Assembly (NCBI GenBank): GCA_025055755.1
Contig: JANWWF010000005.1
Coordinates: forward strand, 5,585-69,584
From: Candidatus Kapaibacterium sp.
GTDB lineage: Bacteria > Bacteroidota > Ignavibacteria > Kapaibacteriales > NICIL-2
Direction of reading: 5' to 3'
Length of the DNA stretch: 64,000 bases
Part shown: positions 48,916 through 58,156 of the stretch, piece by piece
Layout: every line of letters begins with the position of its first letter
Numbering within the stretch: the first letter of the stretch is position 1
Notes under the pieces: generated by a model
What the model was told of the DNA's origin: nothing
The model's database searches: none
Seen by the model: the letters and a program-made list of their open reading frames with translations, nothing else
Made by a program: the position numbers and the translations under genes

Positions 48916-48985
48916 ACGAGCAGCTTTTCGAGCACGGAAGGGAGCTACACCACTTCAATCGGTGCAATAAGCCTTGGAGGCAGCG

Positions 48986-50482
48986 CTACTCCTCGGTGGA
49001 ATACTTGCTCATGTCAAGCTCGATTTCCACTGGATACTCGCCAGTAAAGCAGGCAGTGCAGTAGCCAATTCCTTCGTCGTGAGGAACCGCATCAAGCAGC
49101 CCTTGGACCGAGAGGTATGCCAGCGAATCTACTCCCAAGTACTCCCCAATGCTCTCCACAGTGGAATGATGGTTGGCAATCAACTCTTCGCGACTTGGAA
49201 AATCCATGCCGTACTTACACGGATGCGTTATGGGCGGAGAGGTAATGCGTAGATGGACTTCCGCTGGTTTTGCAGCTCGAATAAGCTGCACCAGCTGTCG
49301 CGAGGTTGTTCCCCGCACGATGGAATCATCCACGACGACCACTTTTCGCCCTTCAAGAACTCCCCGCACGGGATTGAACTTCGCTTTCACCTTGAACGCA
49401 CGCTCATCTTGCTCGGGCGCAATAAACGTGCGTCCGACGTAATGGCTTCTAATCAGCCCAATCTCGAAGCGCGTGGGGATGCCATTTTCTTCTGCATTGA
49501 CCTTTGCATATCCAAGCGCTGCAGTGTTACCGCTATCGGGCACTGCAATGACGGTGACTTTATCGAATGTTCCTGCTTCGACAGGATGCTCAAGTGCAAG
49601 ATTTTTCCCCAACTTGCGGCGGACCTTATCCACACTGTGGCCAAAGACAATGCTATCGGGACGAGCAAAATACACGTACTCGAAAATGCAGTGCCGCGCT
49701 TGAGGAGTCACTTCCTCGATTGGATAAGAACGAATCGTCCCTTCTGCAACGGTCTGTGCATCAATGACGACAAGTTCATTGTGCCGCACATCGCGGATGT
49801 ACTCTGCGCCGACAATGTCGAAAGCACACGTTTCGCTGGCAACGATGTATGCATCGCTCCCCTGGCTGGTGCGCAGTCGCCCTATAGCAAGGGGACGAAA
49901 GCCATGGGGATCACGCGCAGCATAGAGCGCAGTATCGGTAAGAATCACCAGCGAATATGCCCCACGTGCCTGGCGGAGAGCAGAACGGATGCGTTCTAAC
50001 TCGCTCGGCTCTTTGCTGCGTGCAATGAGGTGGAGAAATAATTCGCTGTCGGAGGTAGATTGAAAAATTGCTCCTTCTTCCTGAAGGGCACGGCGGAGTG
50101 CGCGAGTGTTAGTCAGATTTCCATTATGCGCCAGCGCTAAATTCCCTGCATGGTAGCGTATAGCAAATGGCTGAATATTCGCATCGGAGTTTCCACCGGT
50201 CGTTGAATAGCGGTTGTGCCCTATTGCAGCAGTACCTTGGAGGTGGTCAGTGAGAATGCGGCTATCGCTGAACACATCAAGCACTAATCCACGCCCCTTA
50301 TGCCACCGGAAGCGAGGGTGTCCGTTTGATTTTTCCGACGGACAGGCAGCTACTATTCCACACGCTTCCTGCCCACGATGCTGCAATGCATGGAGGGCAT
50401 AGTAGCAAATAACCGCTGCCGATGGATGGTTGAATACACCGACGATTCCACAGTTGGGCCGAACACCATCGTTCTGCATCAT
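48986..50482 (-). CDS. purF: Amidophosphoribosyltransferase (Fe-S type)
   Basis: CGIVG, LQHRGQE, GHNRYST, AHNGNL, CIFEYVYFARPDS, VDDSIVRGTT, CKYGMD, CTACFTG. Confidence 0.97.
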   Translation of the reverse strand: MMQNDGVRPNCGIVGVFNHPSAAVICYYALHALQHRGQEACGIVAACPSEKSNGHPRFRWHKGRGLVLDVFSDSRILTDHLQGTAAIGHNRYSTTGGNSDANIQPFAIRYHAGNLALAHNGNLTNTRALRRALQEEGAIFQSTSDSELFLHLIARSKEPSELERIRSALRQARGAYSLVILTDTALYAARDPHGFRPLAIGRLRTSQGSDAYIVASETCAFDIVGAEYIRDVRHNELVVIDAQTVAEGTIRSYPIEEVTPQARHCIFEYVYFARPDSIVFGHSVDKVRRKLGKNLALEHPVEAGTFDKVTVIAVPDSGNTAALGYAKVNAEENGIPTRFEIGLIRSHYVGRTFIAPEQDERAFKVKAKFNPVRGVLEGRKVVVVDDSIVRGTTSRQLVQLIRAAKPAEVHLRITSPPITHPCKYGMDFPSREELIANHHSTVESIGEYLGVDSLAYLSVQGLLDAVPHDEGIGYCTACFTGEYPVEIELDMSKYSTEE

Positions 50483-50543
50483 AAAGGCTTGGGAGGCGTG
50501 TGCCAAGGGAAGATGATTGTGGAAGACAACTACCAGCACAAAA

Positions 50544-51035
50544 TTACTGCACCCGTTCTCCCCGAGACGCTGTTGGCGGTCGAAACTGCAAAAGCCCTTC
50601 GATAAGCTCCCGCTCGCGATCATAGAAACTCGGACGCAAGCGAATCGGGAAGCGACGCCCATATGCGTAAATACGCACACTTCGCAGATAGCGCCAGCCG
50701 CTGCGCTCTCGACGAATGATTATCCGGCGCACTTGGGTCCGTTCCAGCCGATGCTGGCGAAAGCGAGTTGCAAACACAATCGCATCCGGTTCGATGATAA
50801 TCCGCCGCTGAAGGAGCATCGCTGCCGCCAGCGAAAATCCACTTACCACCACAAAGATTGCCAGCAGCCAGAAGATAGGGTCTTCAATTACCACCTCAAT
50901 TTTTCCATCGCTTTGTATTGTCCCTGCAACAATGCTCCGTCCAAATCCATACAAGAGTAGGGCAACTGCATATACTGCGAGCGTGCGCCAGTACAAGTCA
51001 AGTCGGTAGGAGAACACCTGCGAAGCAGTATTCAT
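50544..51035 (-). CDS. Hypothetical membrane protein (2 TM plus PH-like cytoplasmic domain)
   Basis: Two hydrophobic segments then an Arg-rich beta domain; 4-nt overlap with upstream gene. Confidence 0.55.
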   Translation of the reverse strand: MNTASQVFSYRLDLYWRTLAVYAVALLLYGFGRSIVAGTIQSDGKIEVVIEDPIFWLLAIFVVVSGFSLAAAMLLQRRIIIEPDAIVFATRFRQHRLERTQVRRIIIRRERSGWRYLRSVRIYAYGRRFPIRLRPSFYDRERELIEGLLQFRPPTASRGERVQ

Positions 51036-52753
51036 TGCAGCTCCTCAATAGGGATGTAGCGTCGTTCTGTGTGTCCATCAGGCAGCTGTGCTGATGCGGT
51101 ACAGATCATCTGCTGGAGAGTCGCCAGTGCCCTGGCAATCGAGCCAGCCTCTTCAATTGGCACTGTCGTGCACTGCCCATGGTTTTGGTACATCCAACTG
51201 GTAACAATCCGAAGGATTGCCAAGTCTGCAGGTGTGTGATTGTCGCAAGCAGTCAACCTGCCCTCTATGGCAGGAACCAGCGACTGGAGCGACGCGCACC
51301 GACCAACCACCTGCTGAAAAATCAAACGACCGTGGAAAAACACAAACAGCTCTACCGTCGCTGGTTCGTATGCTGTGGGAATAGCAAGCACGATGTTGAA
51401 CCGACTGATAGACGCCGAAGGCACCGGATAGCGATGGGAAAGTTTCTGCAATTCGCGGATGCGATTGCGCAAACGTTGTGCTCGTTCAAACTCCAGTTGT
51501 TCGGCGGCGGCATGCATTTGTTGCTCCAGTAGCGCAATCAGTTCATCAACGTTACCGTGAAGCAGACGCCGAACTCGTTCTACTTCTGCAGCATACTCTT
51601 CCTCTGTTTGGAAAGCAGCACACGGAGCGCCACACCGTCGAAGATGGTAGTAGAAGCACGGCCGCACTGTTGCAGACGGATTCAACGTACCTGCGCATCG
51701 CCGGAGCTGAAACATTTCCTCGATCAAGTCTCGCAGTTCCTCTGCCATTCCCCGATGGGGGAAGGGACCGAAATACTCACTTGTTCCATCGGGATGCATT
51801 GCTAATTCTAGCCGAGGGAATCGTTCATTGGTCAAGCGCAGTAGTGGATAGCGGCGTGTGCGACGATGCAACACATTGAAAGGTGGCTGCAAGAGCTGAA
51901 TGCGTTGGTATTCCAACAGGAGTGCACTCAATTCGGTTGGAGTCTCCTCCCACTCGATATGGCGAACTTGGCGGAGCATTCGTTCGATATGCTGGGCATG
52001 GGCTGCGCTGGGTAGAAAATAGCTCCGGACACGCTCTGCTAAGGATTTTGCTTTGCCGACATAGAGCACTTCCCCGCTTTTGTTGCGCATGGTGTACACT
52101 CCCGGCATATCCGGGAGCGCTGCAAGGTATGGCTCAACTGCATTGAGCACTGCGCGCGGAAGTGTACCGTTTGGCATACGTTGGTGCTGCACAGAGAGCA
52201 ATTCCTCAAGTGTGGAAATCCCTCGTGCTTCTGCTTCCTCGAGTAAGCGCACAAGGATGTGGGCTGTTGCTTCTGCATCCCCAAGTGCACGATGACGGCC
52301 ATGGATTGGTATCCCGAAGTATTCTGCCATTGCGTCAAGGTTTTTCTTCTGCGTTCCTGGAAGAAGCCGGCGTGCTAAGCGCAGCGTACACAAACGAGGA
52401 ACTGTCCCTACGCTGTAGCCACACCGTTGCAGACCACTCTGGACAAAGCGCCAATCAAAGTGCTCATTGTGGGCAACAAATACCGCGCCTGGCAGCGAAA
52501 GTAATTGAGCGACAAGTGGTAGAACCTCGGATTCTTCTGGAGCTGCATAGACATCCGCATTTGTAATGCCTGTCAGCTGCTCGATAAACGGTGGGATAAA
52601 CTGATGTGGATTGATGAGCGAATGAATGCGTTGCCCCAATTCACCGCCCTGAACAACCACGCAGGCAATCTCGATAATCCGATGCTGATGGGGATGGGAG
52701 CCCGTTGTTTCAACGTCCGTGACAATGTACGTAGCGTCCCAGAGCGATTGCAT
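51032..52753 (-). CDS. DEDDh 3'-5' exonuclease fused to UvrC/Cho-like GIY-YIG endonuclease and UVR domain
   Basis: TDVETTG, AHNEHFD, HRALGDA; PGVYTM...LYVGKAKSL.ERVRSYF; 4-Cys region C..C..C..C; AAEQLEFERAQRLRN. Confidence 0.88.
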   Translation of the reverse strand: MQSLWDATYIVTDVETTGSHPHQHRIIEIACVVVQGGELGQRIHSLINPHQFIPPFIEQLTGITNADVYAAPEESEVLPLVAQLLSLPGAVFVAHNEHFDWRFVQSGLQRCGYSVGTVPRLCTLRLARRLLPGTQKKNLDAMAEYFGIPIHGRHRALGDAEATAHILVRLLEEAEARGISTLEELLSVQHQRMPNGTLPRAVLNAVEPYLAALPDMPGVYTMRNKSGEVLYVGKAKSLAERVRSYFLPSAAHAQHIERMLRQVRHIEWEETPTELSALLLEYQRIQLLQPPFNVLHRRTRRYPLLRLTNERFPRLELAMHPDGTSEYFGPFPHRGMAEELRDLIEEMFQLRRCAGTLNPSATVRPCFYYHLRRCGAPCAAFQTEEEYAAEVERVRRLLHGNVDELIALLEQQMHAAAEQLEFERAQRLRNRIRELQKLSHRYPVPSASISRFNIVLAIPTAYEPATVELFVFFHGRLIFQQVVGRCASLQSLVPAIEGRLTACDNHTPADLAILRIVTSWMYQNHGQCTTVPIEEAGSIARALATLQQMICTASAQLPDGHTERRYIPIEELQ

Positions 52754-53088
52754 CAGTTCTTCTGCGTCGTAGTGACCTCCTCAATCCATGCCGCGTAAGC
52801 ATCGGCAACTGCTGAGGCTTTCAGGACAATAAACTCTGGAACTTTATACGGATGAAGTTCCAAGATTCGCTTCTGAAGCTGCTCGATGCAATCCTCTCGC
52901 GTTTTGATGAGCAGTACTGCTTCTGTTTCGCTGGTGATTTTTCCCTCCCACCAATAGTGGGATGTCACGGCTGGGATAACCGTCGAACATGCAATCAAGC
53001 GCTCATTGAGTAACTGTTGCGCCAGGTTGTTTGCCTGCTCTTGTGTGCTTACGGTTGTCAATACAACAGCAATGTTAGAGTGTGGCAT
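52753..53088 (-). CDS. cutA: Divalent-cation tolerance protein CutA
   Basis: LLNERLIAC, SHYWWEGKI, LIKT, LHPYKVPE. Confidence 0.93.
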   Translation of the reverse strand: MPHSNIAVVLTTVSTQEQANNLAQQLLNERLIACSTVIPAVTSHYWWEGKITSETEAVLLIKTREDCIEQLQKRILELHPYKVPEFIVLKASAVADAYAAWIEEVTTTQKN

Positions 53089-53128
53089 AACTTCGCACAG
53101 CACTATCAACTCACGCCAAAATTACACG

Positions 53129-53434
53129 ATGGTGGACCTGCTTCTCCTGTATCTTGAGATGTACATGCTCATCTACGTTAGCGTTCAGCAGTGGCAACGG
53201 TACGGCGCTATTCGATATGCTCTCCTTGCTGCATCTCTGAGTGTGCTTGCGTTTATCCTCCTGTGGGCACTGATCAGTCCTTTGGCACGACTGCTTTATC
53301 CTCTCGAGAAACAGGCACTATTGGTTGGACCCGATACTCTGGGCGTTGTGCTAACAACCGCTGCACACCTTACCTTTGTGCGGTTCTACTTTTTTGCGAC
53401 CTCGCGCCGGCAATCATCACCACTTCAGAACTAA
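53129..53434 (+). CDS. Hypothetical 3-TM membrane protein
   Basis: 101 aa, strongly hydrophobic, fills the gap divergent from cutA. Confidence 0.55.
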   Translation: MVDLLLLYLEMYMLIYVSVQQWQRYGAIRYALLAASLSVLAFILLWALISPLARLLYPLEKQALLVGPDTLGVVLTTAAHLTFVRFYFFATSRRQSSPLQN

Positions 53435-53437
53435 GGT

Positions 53438-53617
53438 ATGAAAAATCTCATTGCGATTGTTGCTGCTGTCGTCTTGGCTTACATGATTGTAAGCATCATG
53501 TGGTGGGTACTGTGGAATATCTGGTGGCTGACGATTTCGCTTGCAAAGTTGATATTGATTGCTCTTGTTGCCTTGCCGCTTTATGTCATCTTGCGGAAAC
53601 GGTTACTGCGCGCATAA
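53438..53617 (+). CDS. Small 59-aa membrane protein (not in the ORF track)
   Basis: MKNLIAIVAAVVLAYMIVSIMWWVLWNIWWLTISLAKLILIALVALPLYVILRKRLLRA; ATG 3 nt after upstream TAA; two TM helices with basic ends. Confidence 0.6.
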   Translation: MKNLIAIVAAVVLAYMIVSIMWWVLWNIWWLTISLAKLILIALVALPLYVILRKRLLRA

Positions 53618-54355
53618 GGTGCGGACCAAAAACCATGCGCCGAATACTGTGACCAATCCACCAAAAAGAATCTCCAGCAGGCGTGATTTAATTCGGAGAG
53701 CAAGGTGCGCACCTAATAGGCTACCAGGAATTGTTCCAAACACCAGCATAAATGCAGTGCTCCAATCGATATGCCCGAGGGCAGCGTGGACAATCGTTCC
53801 TGGAACAGCAAATGCGGCGACACATACCAGGGAAGTCGCTATTGCTTGATGCATTGGCACACCTAACCACCGCACGAATGCAGGTACAAGAAAAGTACCT
53901 CCCCCAATTGCGAGGAATCCCGCGATAAATCCTGCTGTTCCACTCACAATCGCAATACGAAAAGGTGTTGGCTTCCCACCCGGACGATGATCTTTCGGCC
54001 CTTTGCGGAGCATCAACACTGCAACAGTGATAAGCATTGCTGCTGTTGCAGCCATCAGTACCATCCCACTTGTCCAATGCGTGAGGAAAGACCCGGCAAT
54101 AGTCATCGGAACAGCTATAAGAATCGCCTGCTGAGCAAGCTTGCGATCAACAAATCCCCGGCGCCAATACGCTATTGCTCCCGTAATAGCCGATGGGAGC
54201 GCTACCGGCAATGGCGTTGCCAGCGCATATATCGGGGGCATGTTCACAATGACACGCAGCAACGGCGTGCCAATGAGCGCACCACCTATACCGAATAAGC
54301 CGGAAGAAAGTCCTGAAACAACACCGATGGCAAAGAGGAGGAGCGTAGGGAGCAT
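53603..54355 (-). CDS. Sulfite exporter TauE/SafE family membrane protein
   Basis: GLSSGLFGIGGALI, AGFIAGFLAIGGG.FLVP, AIATSL, GSLLGAHLA; TGATG overlap with maf. Confidence 0.88.
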   Translation of the reverse strand: MLPTLLLFAIGVVSGLSSGLFGIGGALIGTPLLRVIVNMPPIYALATPLPVALPSAITGAIAYWRRGFVDRKLAQQAILIAVPMTIAGSFLTHWTSGMVLMAATAAMLITVAVLMLRKGPKDHRPGGKPTPFRIAIVSGTAGFIAGFLAIGGGTFLVPAFVRWLGVPMHQAIATSLVCVAAFAVPGTIVHAALGHIDWSTAFMLVFGTIPGSLLGAHLALRIKSRLLEILFGGLVTVFGAWFLVRTLCAQ

Positions 54356-54960
54356 CACCTGGTGAACACTCGAAGTAACCGCAGCATGCGATAGAGCAAT
54401 GCTATTGGGAGCCCTACCACAGTGTAATAGCATCCCTCGATAGCATCAACAAACGTTGCACCACAGTCATCCTGGATACCGTAGGCACCCGCTTTATCAA
54501 GCGGTGAGCCACTGGCAACGTATGCGGCAATCTCCTCCTCGCTTAGAGAACGGAAAGTCACGTGAGTGATACGACTGTCAACAAGTTGTACCTTTTGCCA
54601 TAAAACGCAGACACCTGTTATCACCGTATGTGTCCGACCACTGAGTAATCGTAACATTCGCACAGCATCATCTCGATCACGTGGTTTATTAAGGACCTGC
54701 CCATCGAGCACAACGGTAGTGTCTGCTCCAATGACAATTGACTCCGGATGCAAGCGACGTACTGCTGCGGCTTTTGCTTGGGCAAGAACTTCAACGTACT
54801 GCCGCGGCATAGTGCGGTCAAAAGCGTCTTCATCCACAGCAGCAGGGATTACTGAAACATCTATCCCAAGCAATGTTATCAGTTGCTGACGGCGAGGAGA
54901 TGCTGATGCCAGGATAACAGGTGCTGGAAGCTGCAGTAACTGTGCGGCACAAGCATTCAT
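54355..54960 (-). CDS. maf: Maf family nucleoside triphosphate pyrophosphatase
   Basis: ILASASPRR, IGADT.V, LNKP, DKAGAYGIQ, YTVVGLP; ATGA overlap with cyclase favours 54960. Confidence 0.93.
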   Translation of the reverse strand: MNACAAQLLQLPAPVILASASPRRQQLITLLGIDVSVIPAAVDEDAFDRTMPRQYVEVLAQAKAAAVRRLHPESIVIGADTTVVLDGQVLNKPRDRDDAVRMLRLLSGRTHTVITGVCVLWQKVQLVDSRITHVTFRSLSEEEIAAYVASGSPLDKAGAYGIQDDCGATFVDAIEGCYYTVVGLPIALLYRMLRLLRVFTR

Positions 54961-55727
54961 TGCTGGATGCATGTGGCGGGATAAAGAACAACTTGAGCGG
55001 GAGAAGCATCGCTTTCAAGCGGAAGAACACTAATCTGCACCAGGTACAGACCGTCGAGGATTGCTGAAGGAATGTAGCACATTTCAGTGATTGTTGCGTG
55101 CAGCCGCGGTGCTTCCGGATAGTTCCAAAAAGCACGATGTGCTCGCAGTGCGCCACCATCCGACTCTGGATCCAGTGAAGGCAAATCAATAAGCACATGC
55201 TCAATACCCTGGAGGCGTAGTAGCTCTGCAGCTTCTACAGTCATGTACGGTGGATTGCTTCCAGACCAATCTCGAGTGCTTTTGGTCTTTTCATTAGGGA
55301 GGGTACGAATGACAGCAGCCGTAATATCAGGATCGTCGAATATTCCCTGGAGCTGGTCTGCGGTGATTGCCAAGCCCTCAGCTGTCTGAACAGGGGTCAC
55401 AGTAATAAGCCGCCCAATCGCAAATACCGTACAGAGACAATCTGCAATCCAATAAGGCTGCGGACTGATATGCCCTACACATTCAGTATGGGTGCCATTC
55501 CCATGAGGATAAAGAAGCACGCGATCGCAGTTGACACTTCCTCCTTGGGCAACCGATCCAATAAAGGTGTCGGTGCAGTATGATGTAATCTCCGGAGCTG
55601 GTAAAAAATAGGCACGCATATTGCTGTTCATATTTCGACAAAGCCGTGATGAAATAGAATAGGGCTGGTCGAATGTTACCGCCCAGCGATGTCCGGAAAT
55701 ACCCTGAAGCACAGCATGCATACGCAT
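54957..55727 (-). CDS. Cyclase family protein (kynurenine formamidase-like)
   Basis: GSVAQGGSVN, PHGNGTHTECVGH, IDLPSLD, HRAFW, ITEM, LESDASP. Confidence 0.82.
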   Translation of the reverse strand: MRMHAVLQGISGHRWAVTFDQPYSISSRLCRNMNSNMRAYFLPAPEITSYCTDTFIGSVAQGGSVNCDRVLLYPHGNGTHTECVGHISPQPYWIADCLCTVFAIGRLITVTPVQTAEGLAITADQLQGIFDDPDITAAVIRTLPNEKTKSTRDWSGSNPPYMTVEAAELLRLQGIEHVLIDLPSLDPESDGGALRAHRAFWNYPEAPRLHATITEMCYIPSAILDGLYLVQISVLPLESDASPAQVVLYPATCIQQ

Positions 55728-55774
55728 AAAGGCATAGATGGCGAAGCAAAATTAGAAGAATGGATAATCGGCGC

Positions 55775-55802
55775 TAAAGTTTTTTTGGCGACTTACCGAT
55801 AC
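55775..55802 (+). promoter_or_regulatory. Sigma-28 (FliA/SigD) promoter of flagellin
   Basis: TAAAGTTT (55775-82) and ACCGATAC (55795-802), i.e. TAAA-N16-aCCGATAc, close to the sigma28 consensus. Confidence 0.75.
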
Positions 55803-55862
55803 ATAGCAACGAGCATCAGCTTACTGCATGCATAGAGCCGCTCAATGCTCACAATGGCATGC

Positions 55863-55902
55863 ATTCATGGATGAACATAACTATACACATACAAGGAGGT
55901 AT
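55863..55902 (+). promoter_or_regulatory. Two CsrA-type sites in the flagellin 5' UTR, the second overlapping the Shine-Dalgarno
   Basis: TTCA-TGGA-TGAA and ATAC-AAGGAG-GTAT mini-hairpins, each presenting ANGGA; both match CANGGANG. Confidence 0.6.
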
Positions 55903-55904
55903 CC

Positions 55905-56837
55905 ATGCCTTCTGCAATAACCAATGGTGCACGGATTCGCACCAACACTGCAGCCGAAAACGCTTATAACGCCCTCGATAGCGCGAATCGAAATATCGCA
56001 TTACGCCAACTTCGTCTTTCTACTGGCAAGCGCATAAATTCTGCAGCGGATGACGTTGCAGGATACATCACCGTCCGATCGTTGGGGGAACGTAATAGCT
56101 CGCTCAAAGCCGCCCTGAATGCAGTGGGAGATGCAATGAATGTAACCAACATAGCCCAGGACGGATTGGACAACATCACTAACCTCATCATGCAGATTAA
56201 GGAAGCAGTGGCTTCTGCTGCATCGGGCGCAATGGGGACGGATGAAAAAATTGCCCTCGCAAAAGCAGCCTACCGCTTTGCACAACAGATTCAAACAATT
56301 GTTGATTCTACTGTCTTTGCAGGACGACAACTTCTCGATGGTACTTTCACAGCAAGTTTCGTTATTGGGTCACGTGCCGATAACACATTAATCACCCTGG
56401 GCATTGATCTTTCCACATTCAATCCAGAGCTCAACATCCCTTCCAATAACTTCGACTTACGTCTGGTGTCCCTCAATTTCGCAGGAGTGACAGGTCTTAG
56501 CTTGGCATCGCTCAACGAAGTTTCCTCCACCGATCTGGGCATCTTTGATTTCTCTGTTATCCAGACAACCTTGACCAGTATCTCGATTGCTCTCGCGAAC
56601 GTCAGTAAGGTTGCTTCGTATTTAGGAGGCATTGCCAACCGGCTTACCTCACAGGAAGATGCTCTAAAGTCACAAATCACCAATTATAACGCCGCCATTT
56701 CTCGGATTGAAGATGCCGATGTTGCAAAGGAACAATTAGAGCTTATTCGTGCACAATTTTTACAACAGGCATCAATATTGTCCTTGTCGCAAGCGAACCA
56801 AACCCCACAAACCTTCCTCCAGCTTCTCCGAGGTTAG
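55905..56837 (+). CDS. fliC: Flagellin (short, 310 aa)
   Basis: RIRTN, RLSTGKRINSAADD, QLLDG; C-terminal LGGIANRL, SRIEDADVAKE, QQASILSLSQANQ. Confidence 0.93.
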   Translation: MPSAITNGARIRTNTAAENAYNALDSANRNIALRQLRLSTGKRINSAADDVAGYITVRSLGERNSSLKAALNAVGDAMNVTNIAQDGLDNITNLIMQIKEAVASAASGAMGTDEKIALAKAAYRFAQQIQTIVDSTVFAGRQLLDGTFTASFVIGSRADNTLITLGIDLSTFNPELNIPSNNFDLRLVSLNFAGVTGLSLASLNEVSSTDLGIFDFSVIQTTLTSISIALANVSKVASYLGGIANRLTSQEDALKSQITNYNAAISRIEDADVAKEQLELIRAQFLQQASILSLSQANQTPQTFLQLLRG

Positions 56838-56870
56838 ACAAGGTTTTCTCTACGGGTACGCACACGCGGG

Positions 56871-56898
56871 AACGCTCGCCTTGATGGTGAGCGTTTCT
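56871..56898 (+). terminator. Probable terminator after fliC
   Basis: AACGCTCGCC-ttgat-GGTGAGCGTT stem (one G-U) followed by a weak T-tract. Confidence 0.5.
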
Positions 56899-56942
56899 GC
56901 TGTTAGGGTAGTTTTGCGGTGCACACCTTCTTGTCGTTCTGC

Positions 56943-58106
56943 ATGAACACACCGTTGAGCATCCTCTTTGTTACGGTTCTATTGGATTTGATAGGGTTTG
57001 GCATTATTCTGCCTGTTCTTCCTTTGTACGCTCGGACCTTAGGCGCCGACGAAGTAACAATCGGTCTTATCGCGTCCAGCTTTTCCCTTATGACCTTGAT
57101 TTGGTCCCCCATCTTTGGACGATGGAGCGACCGTGCTGGCAGACGCCCCATTCTTCTTTCCTGTATCCTTCTCAATGCAGCAGGATATGCTCTTTTTGCA
57201 AATGCAACTTCCCTTAGCCTGCTGATTATCTCACGCATGCTCAATGGCATTGGGGCGGCAAATATTAGCGTCGCCCAAGCATACATCGCCGATATTACCG
57301 CAGGCAGCGATCGAGCACGATCCCTTGGTCTTATTGGCGCAGCATTTGGACTTGGCTTTATCATTGGTCCAGCACTGGGAGGATTCCTCAAAGCACATGG
57401 AGGCATTAGCGCAGTGGGCTATGTACCAGCCGCATTAAGTCTTCTGAATGCAGCAGTTGCGTGGATACGCCTTCCTGAACCTCAGCGAGAACGTGCTGCC
57501 TCTGTGCACCATCATTCATACGCTTCTTCCATAAAAGTAGCATTCGCTGCTCCTGTACGCCGCCAATTGATTGTTCTGAGCTTTGCTTACTGGTTTGCTT
57601 TCGTTATGATGCAAATCACGTTTGTGCTCTTTGCCAATGAGCGCTTCGGCTGGCGAGAGGACACCATCGGAATACTGTTTGCACTCATCGGTGTCATAGG
57701 AGCTGCCATCCAAGGAGGGGCAATCGGACCGCTGGTCCGTCTCATGGGAGAAAAACAGCTCCTCACCGTCGGAATGGTGTTGTTTTCCACTGGTATGCTC
57801 TTGCTGCCATGGATACCAATTGCATCATTGGTCATAGCAATTGTTGCCCTGATGGCAGCAGGGTCAGCGCTCATTAATCCTTCTGTCAATGCTCTTTTAT
57901 CTCGATCTGCTGATTCTGCCTCCCAAGGCGCAGTGCTTGGTATGGCACAATCGGCTGCCTCGTTGGCACGTATTGTTGGCCCTATCGTTGGGATGGGACT
58001 ATACGGCATACGCCATGAAATTCCCTACATTGCAGCAGGGGTCATTGGTATCATTTCGCTTTTTAGTTTGATTTTACCACTTGCTGCAGGGGAATCTTCG
58101 GCATAA
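56943..58106 (+). CDS. MFS transporter, TetA/DHA1-like
   Basis: LDLIGFGIILPVLP, motif A GRWSDRAGRRPIL, AYIAD, GAAFGLGFIIGPALGG; TAGTTTTG box at 56909-56916. Confidence 0.9.
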   Translation: MNTPLSILFVTVLLDLIGFGIILPVLPLYARTLGADEVTIGLIASSFSLMTLIWSPIFGRWSDRAGRRPILLSCILLNAAGYALFANATSLSLLIISRMLNGIGAANISVAQAYIADITAGSDRARSLGLIGAAFGLGFIIGPALGGFLKAHGGISAVGYVPAALSLLNAAVAWIRLPEPQRERAASVHHHSYASSIKVAFAAPVRRQLIVLSFAYWFAFVMMQITFVLFANERFGWREDTIGILFALIGVIGAAIQGGAIGPLVRLMGEKQLLTVGMVLFSTGMLLLPWIPIASLVIAIVALMAAGSALINPSVNALLSRSADSASQGAVLGMAQSAASLARIVGPIVGMGLYGIRHEIPYIAAGVIGIISLFSLILPLAAGESSA

Positions 58107-58156
58107 TCAACGCTTATTTTTGACCATTCGCACTCTTACGGTTTACCCTGGCTGTT

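Noticed and set aside
50483-50680. 66-aa N-terminal extension of PurF
   Set aside because: It overlaps the upstream membrane gene; PurF needs only a short propeptide before Cys1 (RPN-CGIVG), and a TAATTTTG box lies at 50539-50546.
51032-52753. DEDDh nuclease as part of a CRISPR or anti-phage system
   Set aside because: No cas or defence genes nearby; the domain order matches a DNA-repair DnaQ-UvrC fusion.
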